Shown here one piece after another: positions 48,022-59,215 of a stretch of DNA of 64,000 bases (positions are counted from its first letter, which is position 1; every line of letters starts with the position of its first letter). The stretch spans positions 60,326,001 through 60,390,000 of the forward strand of contig CM060732.1 in assembly GCA_030704615.1 (NCBI GenBank), given 5' to 3'. Both the position numbers and the translations under genes were made by a program. The stretch comes from Takakia lepidozioides (lineage: Eukaryota; Plantae; Bryophyta). Below the pieces are notes generated by a model that saw only the letters and a program-made list of their open reading frames with translations, was not told where the DNA came from and ran no database searches.

Positions 48022-51000
48022 TTATGCAGGATGGCCTGACACCGCAGAGAGAGAGAGGGACATGCAAACCTTCTTCAGTTCAACAGGATTTTTCTGGGAA
48101 GAAAGGGAAGTGTACCCTCTAGGAGACGAGAGCTTACCAAAACTGAGCACTGGTGCCATATGCCTAACCCCCTCATGCTGGTCAGTGGTTTTGTCATCGT
48201 GGGTTTCAACAACTGTGGCAACTGTTAGCCCCGTCAACGGGCCATTGCCTCTATCACCCTCAGGCTCATCAAATCCATCCAGTTCTGTATCATTAAAAGT
48301 GAGGCGGCCAGGCACAGAGCCTCGGGGCAACTGCACAGGGATGTCAAGGTCAATCCCTGTTTCCCTGCGCCGATGCTGGGGCGGGTCCATGAGCTCAACT
48401 GCATTAAGCTGTTGAGAGCTTGTGTCATACGGACCGATATTGAGAGCGCGAACAATAAATTTGGTGGGGTCTGCCAGGCTCAAGGGAGGGGGACGATCCA
48501 GTGGCTTGTCAACCACACCGTCTGGGGAGCCTTTTGACAGCCCAACCTGCAGTTGCCTTTCATTCGGTCAGAGATGATTGCCAAGCAACAAGGAAAAAGC
48601 TACGGGGGTGAGAAGAGAGGACACCGATGATTCTATGCATTCATACAAATACTCAGGATTCATGCCGAAGTTGCCATGGAGCCCAAATTGCTTAGCCACA
48701 ATCAACGCAATGGATTCAGAGATTTTAGCAACAGTATCTCTCTCCCATCTATGAGTACACAAGGTAGCAGAAAAAGATAGGATGTCCTGTCTCCCCTTCT
48801 TGCATATACAGTTCCTATCCTCATGACATGTACTAACCCTGTAGATTGCGTTCAACCAACTCCAAAAGATGTGAACAAGGTGGCAGGGAACTAGGAAGAC
48901 GTGACAATCCAGTCATCTCTGATGTGTTAGAAACATTTTTGTAGAATTGGAGCTTTGGTGAGCTGGTGAATCTGGTGCCCTAGTCTTTTCAGTGAACCGG
49001 GTCCTTCACTTGGCCTGGAGCAACACTATTAGAGCTGTCCAAGCCAAAAGGGTCTGGCTCTGCAGAGATGCCGATATGCGGACTTTCCAAACACATATAG
49101 ACCTTAGGAGTTCGATTTCATTTGGACCATCCAAAATCTCACTTGAATTCATGTTGGGACAGGGTTGCTTAAGTGCCAACTGCAGCCCCCTTTCATTTGA
49201 TCGTATTAGGCTGGGGGGACTGGTCGCCCCCCTCCCCTCTTTGTACTCTGGTGTTCTGAAATGAATTGGCATCTCGACTTTCAAAACAACAGAAAACAGG
49301 CAAATCTTTTGCAGTACCTGAGCTAGCTCATTTAGTCTCAGCATACATATTAGTTCAGCATCCATCAAGTTACTAATGCATTTAATTTGATAATATAATA
49401 AAGTACAGACCCTTCTAACCTGACCTGGTTCATTGAAGAAAGCCCGCTGCTCCCCTTGTCTCCATTGAGATGAGGCGACGACTCCGAATGGGCTCCGCCA
49501 CTGCCACTAGTGCTGGTGGGCTCACCACCAGAGAGCCTGGCAAGCTTTGCGTACCGTTGGATTGACCGCCGCTCTCTCCGTATAAGATCAGCCTCCTCTT
49601 GCCTCAGTTTCGCAAGCTCTTTCTGTGCTTTAGCAACATCTGCTCTTACTTGATCCGCTGTGGCGAAATCCCGGTCCTGAAACCAGCAAGCACATTTCTG
49701 GCCTCAAAACTTTATACAGCAAGATGACATCAAAATGTTATGTGGGTATTGGTAACTTAGTCGTATTGATAACTTAGTCATTATGACCTTCAGTTCCAAA
49801 AACCAAATCCAATAAAACAAAGCCACTTGATCCGGGGCCAAAGAGTGCCAAGGCATAATGGAGAAATAGCCAGCCAGAGCAGCAGTTTTGGTGACAATAT
49901 TTAGGCTAAGAAAATAAGAAATAAGAGAGAAGGACGGAATCGAATGAGCAGTAAAACATAGAAGAACTTGAATTGAAAAAAGGTTTCAATGGTAGATATA
50001 GTAGATGTAGAAAATATGAACCCCATCATTTGCAAGACCAGGCTTTGACTGCATGTTCATTTTCTGGTTACCTCAGTCCCCACCTTTTCTGAGCCAAAAT
50101 TCCCAGCAAACCCAGAGTGCAAGAAAGGAGACCTGTTCTTCCACACGCTTGAGGCTCTCTTCCTTCTGGCGGATGTGCTGCTCAGCCAGCAGTATATCAT
50201 TCTTCAGTTCCTCACGCCGTTCCATTCGGGTGTCAGCATTCCACTTCTTCGTCTCCAAGTTTCGCTTACGCACTAGCGCCCTTGGCCTAGGTTCTGCATG
50301 CTGCAACATAGAGAGGCCACCACATGTTCAAATGCATTGACAACTACTCAGTATCAACCTTAGCATTTGAAATTGAAAACTCTTAATGTCTCAATTTACA
50401 TCAAACAAAGAATGAGACCAACCTGGGAGCGTGAATATCCATGCTTGAAGGAGTAGGTCTTCCGAATCTGGAAAAGGCATGGGTGTCCATATCAGTAGCA
50501 GTAAGGTCTACCATTTCGAGGATGGGGAGGTCTAACCCTGGGCCGTGAGTAGCCATGCTTGAACAGTTAGGTCTTCTGAACCTACCCACCAGCATTGTCT
50601 TTCCCTCTTTGAGACAGGTTCTATACTACACCATTCTAGCCCATAGGAGTATAAACAGCACCTGTATACCAAAAAGGTTAAAATGCTCCACCACGACGAA
50701 TGGGTCAGAAATCCAAAATGTTCCTGTGATTGGGCAGATATCAACTAGTGACATTACATGGTGACAACTACGACATACAGATTATAATCAGTAAGAATTC
50801 CGTCAAATCGACTGACAAATGCATGACAGTAATCAAGAGGGTCAGAAAGTGACCGGGTAGCATCCAAATTGCAGTCCATAGATTGACTGAGATACATTGC
50901 AACTGCAGACGACCCTCTGACTTGCTTACAGATCAACTGGTGGTAAGTAGCAGGAGAGGAAGGGGAAGAAAGGACAAAGACATGTTGATTCCAGCTATAC

Positions 51001-52141
51001 TCTAGATCCCTATTGGACAAACATACGAGATCTGATGTTGTTGCAGTTCCGTCACACCGTCGAGCAACTATACCAAGAATGTTGCCTACCATGTTTGCAG
51101 CTTCTCTCATGAGATCAGCACGGCGCCCCTTCTCCACCAAACAAGGGTCCCGGAGAGCAATCTGGAGAGCTGCCTCATTCATGAGCTTCATGTGCCCTGT
51201 CAGCACTCCATTTTTCCCTTTGGAATATATACGTGCCCGCCTCTCCAGATCTCCTCTGAGAGTGTTGTCAGTCAAAGTCTCGGTAGGGGATGGGACATTT
51301 GCTGAGACTGGCTCTGTTGAAACCCAATGCACCTCTTTGTTAGACCCAAAGTAGACTTTTCCATAGTTGTTATTCCAAGAAAAGCTCCAAGAAAACCACA
51401 AAAAAAAGACTGTCATTTTCAAATGAAAGACATTTTCAATCTGTCACCTGAACATCTTGGCATGTCCAATGCTTTAGCTCAATCTGATAACATCTCAAAG
51501 TGTGGGGAGTTGCTTCATTACTGGAATAAGAAGTTAAGTCTAATGTTCAGCCTAATAAAGTTGATGTACACCAACCTGTCCGATTGAAGTTTTGCAAAAA
51601 GGGTGTCTCTGACAGGGGTGGGCTTTTGCTATCGCGCTCCAAATCTCTTTCCAATATGAGAGTGACTGGTTGTACATCTTGTCCTTCTAGCCCAACCATA
51701 GTCATGTTACACTGGAGAAGTGAAAACGAAACTGGGAGCTATGAACAACACCAGTTAGATATCATAAATATTCAGCATGTACATTTGAGAGAAAACAACA
51801 TCCCATGAAACCTTACCCCGTTCAACTGGATTGTCAGCACGAATGCGCAAGCTGGTAATTGACTTGGGGTCAAAAAGTTCCAGATCTTCCACCTCGGCCC
51901 ACAATTCATCTACCAAATGTGCCGCCTGCCCAGGGGCAGCATCCCCAACCTTCATCTCTAGCACAATGTGAGCTGCTTCTTTAGCCAAGACGAGTTTTGC
52001 CTTGATTTTGCCACGCAGATCATCAAAAGACTCGACTGCTGGAATGTAGACCATTTTCCGCTTCAGGCCCACCATCGGCCCCGGCATCAGCAACAATTTG
52101 TAGGAGTTTCCAGCTGCCCCGCCCATTTTATGTTTCTCCAT
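48022..52141 (-). CDS. Uncharacterised spliced gene: N-terminal beta-grasp-like domain, NAB NCD2-like domain, coiled coil and disordered tail
   Basis: Phase-consistent exons 52141-51817, 51686-51576, 51313-51090, 50467-50423, 50300-50133 and 49676-49425 (or 49420). These give LERRARIYSKGKNGVLTGHMKLMNEAALQIALRDPCLVEKGRRADLMREAANM|IRKTYSFKHGYSRSQ|HAEPRP..EEQ|DRDFATADQVRADVAKAQKELAKLRQEEADLIRRERRS. The 3' exons (~49256-49100, 48546-48069/48022) and stop are uncertain. Confidence 0.72.
50537..50581 (-). pseudogene. Degenerate tandem duplicate of the 45-nt exon 50467-50423
   Basis: AG|VQKT*LFKHGYSRPR|GT versus the open copy AG|IRKTYSFKHGYSRSQ|GT. Same length; TAC>TAA stop. Confidence 0.8.
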
Positions 52142-54135
52142 CTCTTCCCTCACGCAAGTTTCTCCAACACCCTCAGTGCCCAACGTGCATCAACACCTGT
52201 GCTCCTACACTAATCTTCCATGATCTGTTTCCATAGCCGACTCGACGATTTTCTCTACGGTGTACAATCCTTTCACTTTCGCCATACAACTCTTCCAAAT
52301 TACAGCCACACTATCTACTAGGCAATGCCATCCGATTCTCCCATCGCCGCATGCAATTGACCTGTACAGAAAACGCCAAAAATTACACTTTGTCTTACAG
52401 AAAGGGATACCGACCCTGCCGCCGGGGCAGAGGTTTTCGAACAAACAGAGTACGAAACACAGCCCAAATTGATACCAACACAACTACCATTGGCGCACAA
52501 CGGAATACTCCTGTAAAACAGTAGAGTTAGAAGCAACCTGAGTAGTCTCTCGCAAAGAGAGAGGGAGAGAAATGAAGGAGATGGAGCTAGAGCGCACTAC
52601 CTTGAGCTCAAAAGCATATCGTTCACGTAATCTTCAATGCTCAGCTGATTGAGACTGGCTTGCATTGCAAACCCTTCATTCAATTCTGCAAGCTTCACCC
52701 GAAATCTCCACCCAATAAGCTGCTAGGAGAACTGAAGGACGGCTGCAGAAACACAGAGAGCAGAATCCATCAAATTTGAAAGTTTTGTGGATTTATCACA
52801 AGACTTGGTGGGCGAGGTGACGTTGAAAGACTCCCGGCCCGGCAGCTGCTTTGTCCATTGCTTGCTCTGGGGTAGGGTTAGGGGAGCTGCCATCTCTCCC
52901 CTCCCCTCCTCCACCCTCACCCCTCCCCTCTCCCATGGGATGCACGCACACATCCATTCTCCAACTCGGATGAAGGACGCTCGGGGATGAACGTTCGACG
53001 ATTCAAGGATGAGAGGCGATAGGATGAAAGTAAACTGTAGCTCTGTCATCAATGTGAGTGTAGCAGTAACCTTTAGACTTCAGATGGTCTACTACTTGCC
53101 GTTGTATCACAGGCGATCAGGCAGGCTCTGGAGCTTCAAACTATCCCTGTTCAAATACATGATTCCTTGACCACCAAAGAGAAGGGTTACAAATCATACA
53201 AAGAGGCAACAAGCCTGTACTCATTAGGCTCAAAATTCAGCGAACACTGTCTCAGACTGCAAGTAAAGCGACAGTACCAATTGTCATCCAATTAAAAAAG
53301 AAATAGATGTATTTTTGCAAATGCAAAACCCATACTAACCTCCGCCAGTCTGACATTTAACTGTAGTTAGATGGACAAACAACCTGGAATATATACCTCC
53401 TCTCTTATTCAAAATTTACAGGGAAGGTCCTCAAAAGCTCGAGTTGACATTTTGATTGATAGTGTCTACATACACTCTGGGGCGAGAGTACAGCACTCTG
53501 GTCTGTAACAACATCCAGACACCTCAAAGGATTCTTAGCAACGCAAAAACTATTTACAGATCATCTGCAAGTATCAGTGCATTTACTGGAGGGCCTTCCG
53601 AGGGTGAGTGATTTCAAGTTCGCCATTAAGGGCCTGCCACACAACCAGATGCCAACACACTCAGTCATGACCCTCATACATGTAGCGTGCAGATGTATAG
53701 AGAGAGAGATGCACTTTTTCAAGTTATTTGTAGATATATGATCTGACAAACATTTGTCCACTAAACAGGATTCCTCTTCTCATAAGACAAGCAGGCCAAA
53801 GAAGCTATGATGCATAATGTGAACGGCAAGTATGGAGGGATCTGGTGAGGCGAACAACCCCCTTACATGCGGCATTTTCCATCGCCATTTGCCAAACTCT
53901 TGCCCAAGAAGCTTCCCATAAGGAAGAACTTGCATACAATCCAAGCAAGCTGACAACAAGCCATTCTGTTTCCTTCTGCTGGGCAGTTTCATTCTTTTCA
54001 AATGTTTGCTGGTGTGTTCCCGAACTCACTAATGAATAGGTCGAATTTGGATATTGTGAAAACCTCAGTGAGACTAGGGAAATTCCACTTTTGCTCAGGC
54101 TCAAATCCACTTCTAGGCTCATCAAACTAAGCTAA

Positions 54136-55610
54136 TCAAGACCAGGGTGTCATAATCCAGAAAGGAGGCTGTACCTTGGTCACCCATGAGGAAAGGCTCA
54201 TGCTGCTCGTACTCTCCCTCCCCTCTGCTGCTAGGTCATTGCAAGGAGGGGCAGACTCGAAAGAAGCCTTGGAGAGTCTCTTGGACAAGAAGCCAACCTC
54301 AAAGTAGATGTAGGGAGATTCAGGAACGTCCACATGGATACCAGTGACTGGCAGCCACACAAAATATTCCTTTGCTTGAATGCCAGACAGACTTTTGATT
54401 GCACCAAAAGCAATCTGTCCCTTGATAGTGTCATCATAATATACCTGCACAGGTTTCAAGCACAATCAGATAAAATTTCAGTAGTATCAAACAGTGAGCA
54501 AAGTTTTATCTGTTGCAGGTAACATCCTCAGCATATCACGTCTTCCAAGAACAGAGTAAGATGTGTCCTGCATTGTCACATGGACTGTCTTCAGGTCTTA
54601 AGGATGTGACAGCCCTCCTAATGTCTTTAAACTACGAGGAGCCGATTGCCAGCTCTATCTCAGCATCTGGTTAGATGACTAAATCAAGCAGAGGCCCTGA
54701 TAGCATCATAGCTTCACATCATCTACAACTAAATGCTTAATTGTACACCTAAAATCCATAACTGCTAAGACCTTTAGAGTTTCCAGTATGGACAGTGACT
54801 TCCAAGTCAGTGCAGTTGCCAGAGAATGGTATGAGCTTTAAATGAACGAAAAGCTGGTAGTCCGTTACTCACAACTGGACATATGCCAGGTTCTCTATCT
54901 GTTTTGTGCAAAATGCCAATAGCATATGCATCCCTTCCTGTGATTTTCGTAATTTCCTTTCAATTTTTTTCAGACGGCCATGGATGTTCAGGGAACATTT
55001 TTAGCGCACAAATCAACCTGGTTAGTTTTAATCTGTGATACTTCCTGTGCCGCATAGAGATTACGTTATTCTGAGGTCTTAGCACAAAGAGGACAAATGG
55101 AAGAAGCGCAATAGAAATGCAGCCATTATTAGATCCAAACAGAGAATATACGAAAAAGATCGCCAAATGGCATGGTTTAGGGTTTATGTACATGCATGAT
55201 ATCTGTGCGAGAACTCCCTTAATAGATTGACTGGCAGGAAAGAAGGTTTACGCTCAACAATTTCAGGAACAGGGAATGAAATTCTTCGATACGATGTACA
55301 TCAACATTAGCAGCCAAATTAAATGGATGATCGAAGACGCATGCGGTCTAAGGAACCACAAATCCTGAATTTCCGAACAAAGCAACACACAAATGAGAAA
55401 GGAGTAGTATACCTGATCCTCGAAATTTGCATAGCACGATTTGGTCAACTCCACCTCAAATTCCCCGTTCTTAGACAGGGAGTAACTCTTCACAGATGCG
55501 GGAAGCAAGCCGATCGGCAGGCCGTTGTCATCCAGGATGTCGTAAACGGAGGCATCCACCAGTGCCACAAGGAGCACCGCTACAGCGACAATTACCATCA
55601 TTCTCGCCAT
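54136..55610 (-). CDS. Secreted DUF538-family protein, 2 exons (55610-55413, 54444-54136), ~168 aa
   Basis: Hydrophobic signal peptide, then SVYDILDDNGLPIGLLPASVKSYSL..FEVEL..CY|VYYD..I.G.I..G.I..LSGIQAK..FVWLPVT.I.VD..IYFEVG.LSK..FE..P.C, the DUF538 pattern. Confidence 0.92.
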
Positions 55611-56608
55611 GACTGCTCAAGATCTTTCACTGTAAGGATTTCTCAACATGAAGACGGGAAAAAAGCAGAAGAGGATAAGACGCAGCATCTCATTCGACAC
55701 CTAGAAAAGATATCAAGACACCTCGATAGGGACCTGGAAAGTTGACCGTCATCTCAATGGATGAATGGACGAGCGAAGTCCCTTTGGATGAGAGAGCGAA
55801 GTTCCTCATCCAGGTCCAGCGGATGGATGATGGGTCACTTTCCATCTAGATGTCATCCACGGATCTTGAACGGTAGATGTCCAGTCAAGTGTTGACTGTC
55901 CTCCTCAACTCACTAGTAACATGTGCTTTTGAAATTTGTACTAAAGGAAATGAAATAATTACAGGAAATTAAGATTTGAAAGAAAATGTACAAAATAGTT
56001 ACGGAAGAGTTGACCGTTTGAGAAAGGTGACGGACAGGCGTGGAAGGGATGGGGGGCCGTGAAGCCGCACAGTCGCGGGGGCCTGGTCCGTGGAGACCTG
56101 CAGCCTGATGAGTGAGCACTGTATAAAATAGCTTGCTTGTCAACCCATCTTCTCATCCTCACTGAGAAGAATGTGAAGCTGAATTGTAGAAGAGGAGGAG
56201 AAGTCAGTGGCGTTACAGTTTTGCGGAGGGAGTTTGAGAGAGTCATGAGGACGGATCAGCTGTGACTTCTAGCGTACTGTTCATGGTCACTGCAGTTGAA
56301 GTGTTATCAAGGGTCCAGATACTGGGTTCCAGGTTGCTGAGGGGTTTCATTTGGCTTAGAACATTTGAGAGACCACTGGTGCAGATATAGTTACTCGCCA
56401 TCTGACGGATTTGACCAAGTACCAATTGTGTACGTATACGCTGCTGCATAGTGATATCGAAAAGAAGAGGAACAGAAAATTAGCTCCGAAGAATTTCATG
56501 GAAATCTGAGGAGGTCACATGTTGAGACTGTGCTTAGAAAGATTTGTAGTAGATTTCACGTTCAGCTGAAGAGCTTACGAGACGTTCTGAATAGTTTCCA
56601 CCGGCTAC

Positions 56609-56615
56609 TATATAA
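56609..56615 (+). promoter_or_regulatory. Candidate TATA box of the peroxidase gene
   Basis: TATATAA about 250 bp upstream of the ATG; a second TATAAATA lies at ~56122. Confidence 0.35.
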
Positions 56616-56867
56616 CACTAGAGATATAACATTGCTTGCTAGAGACCGTCGAGAGACCGGCGAGCGACTAATTGCTAGAAGTACGTTCTTGAGCACCTTC
56701 TAGATCGTACATGTATGACATCTTGCTACCTTATTAATCTGATAGAGCTCGAATCTCGACACGGAGTTCAAGTTATGACAAACGATTCAGGAGGCACGTA
56801 CTCAGCTAGTGCTCAGTCTGATTCAAATGCAGGATCGTAACTGATCATACCTTTTTTCTCTTAGGCA

Positions 56868-59215
56868 ATGGGTGATCGACTGGCATCTGCAACCGCCATG
56901 TACTCGGCCACGGCCTGCACGGTTGTGATGATGCTATTGAGCTGTGGGAAGGCCCACGGGCAACTGAGCCCGGAGTCCTACTACGAACACGCATGTCCCG
57001 ATGCCCTGGCTGTTGTGCAGCGTGTGGTTGCTGAAGCCATGGGACGCGAGCGCCGTGTTGGGGCCTCGTTGTTACGCTTGCACTTTCCTGATTGTTTCGT
57101 CAATGTATACCATCGAGAGACCAGAGCCGCTGTTTTAGTGTTTCAATGAGCACTCTCTTCTTTTGTGTTGACATTTGTAGACCATTCTCCTTTGTCGATG
57201 TCGAGATAGAGAAAGAGGGCTGATCGACAGCCTAGAAATGTTTGTACACCTAATCTCCGGTGATTCACTTGTACAGGGATGCGATGGTTCAGTATTGCTG
57301 GATGACACACCGATGTTCACAGGTGAAAAGACAGCAGGCCCGAACCTCAATTCTGCGCGGGGTTTCAATGTGGTGGACGAGATTAAGGCAGAGCTCGAGA
57401 GCGTATGCAGCGGGACAGTCTCATGTGCTGACATTCTGGCCATCGCTGCTCGGGACTCTGTTTTCTTGGTACAAACTACATCATTTGCACATCTCATTCC
57501 TTTTCTGTAAGACCGAAACTTCAAAGTAAAGATGAATTAGCTCCGAGCTCAGGAATCATTATCGAAAAAAACGCCTGCCTAGGCCATCGCAAACGTTCTC
57601 AAGCGAGAGTGCAGTCCAGACACCGGCCCCAGCTCAAGATAGACCCGATGGATCAACACGTGTGTCAACATATTGCCCAGATGGGTATCATTTTAGCTCT
57701 AATTTGTGTGCAGTAATCGAGGCAGTTGCTAACAAAGCATTAAGAGAGGCTATCAGACGATCTCTTGAAAGCGATCTGTTCTATACGAGATCAGCGTCGT
57801 GGACTTCTCGGCCCTTAACCTCCAGTCGAGAAGTCGTGGCATGCACAGTTTACAACTTTGGATGAACAATGCAATCTAAGATTGAACTGCTATCTACTTC
57901 AAAAGGAACCCATTCCTAGAAAATTTCCCTGAGAGCTCCCACAGTCACAACATTGAGCTAACAGCACCTCACTGTTACAAAACTGCCCTGTCTGGAATGA
58001 TTTAATTATACATCAACTTACATTATAGTACAGTATGTATACATTTTCACTATGTCTATATATATTGTTTCGAATTACACAAGGAAACTCCAGCCCCTGC
58101 AACTGGGCATTGGAGTCCACTCAGGGCACTATAGTTAAGATTGACTTGGACTTTGATCTAGAATACAATGTGTAAGTTTCAAAGTACATGTGATAAACTC
58201 ATGTGAATCCGAAGGCAATTGTAGAATAGTCTGGAATATTTTTCACAGTTTTGCACGATCACTCTCAAAAGTATGGTGTGTTGGCAGAGTGGAGGCCCAA
58301 TTTGGGCCGTGCAGCTTGGAAGGCGCGATAGCAGCACTGCCAGTACAGCCAAGGCCAACACTGCTATTCCCAAGCCCACACTGAGCGTGGCACAGATTGT
58401 ATCCACCTTTAAGGCACTGGGTCTTTCTGAGCACGACATGGTCACGCTCTCAGGTAGTCCCAATTTTCCACAGTTGAAGTTATACCTGAGCTGATCTACC
58501 ATGACTTCCAGTCTCATTGCGACGAGCTATTGTGCACTGTATTTGCGCTGTCAGCAGAGAAGTAAGTAACAGACTTTTGATATTCTTTTCGACTTCGGCG
58601 CCCAGCTGCTAGTTGTAATTGCTCCCTAGCAGCTGATTCAACCGTTGGGAAAGGTGAAACCTCAAACGATTTTAGTGTGGTGGCCCTCATGTCTCAAGAT
58701 TACCGCCTATCCGGCTTGCACATGCATAGTTTAATTCCCTCCATTTTCCTTTCCAGTATCAATAGAGAAATTGATGTTCTTTCTGTACGTAAACAGGCTC
58801 ACACACCATTGGAAGAGCACGCTGCACGAGCTTCTCAGCACGCCTGTACAACCAGAGTGGGACTAGACGACCAGATCCGTCCCTCCCGCAATCATATCTC
58901 TCTCAACTCCAGCATTTGTGCCCGCAGAATGGTGATGGAAACACGACCACAAGCCTCGACATTTATTCCCAATATTCTTTCGACAACCAATACTACAAGA
59001 ACCTGCAAGATGGGAGAGGCCTCCTAAATTCCGATGAGGTGCTCTTTACTACATCCGGTGAAAGCCTCACGCTGGTCAACTTGTATGCCAACGATGAAGA
59101 GGCTTTCTTCCAGAACTTCGCCACATCCATGTTGAAGATGGGAAACATCGGAGTCCTTACTGGTAGTAAAGGACAGATACGCAGAAACTGTCGGAAGATC
59201 AATTCTGGAAGCTAG
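56868..59215 (+). CDS. Class III secretory peroxidase-like protein, 4 exons (56868-57104, 57277-57468, 58288-58453, 58797-59215), ~337 aa; distal His replaced by Pro
   Basis: Signal peptide, [10 protein letters not shown]|[37 protein letters not shown]|SHTIG, FDNQYY, GLLNSD, MLKMG..GQIRRNC. Canonical 192- and 166-nt internal exons and all 8 conserved Cys. Confidence 0.95.

Noticed and set aside
50754-51089. Continuation of the 222-aa ORF beyond AANM
   Set aside because: A GT donor at 51089 and the in-phase 45-nt exon at 50467-50423 explain the gene better; the read-through part looks intronic.
52205-52285. Chromodomain-like start YTVEKIV upstream of the NCD2-like gene
   Set aside because: Stops after 26 codons and lacks the YLVKW.G motif; at most a uORF.
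53996-54126. Possible third DUF538 exon (FDEPRSG...)
   Set aside because: Needs a 48-nt intron, shorter than the introns inferred elsewhere in the window; read-through to the stop at 54136 is simpler.
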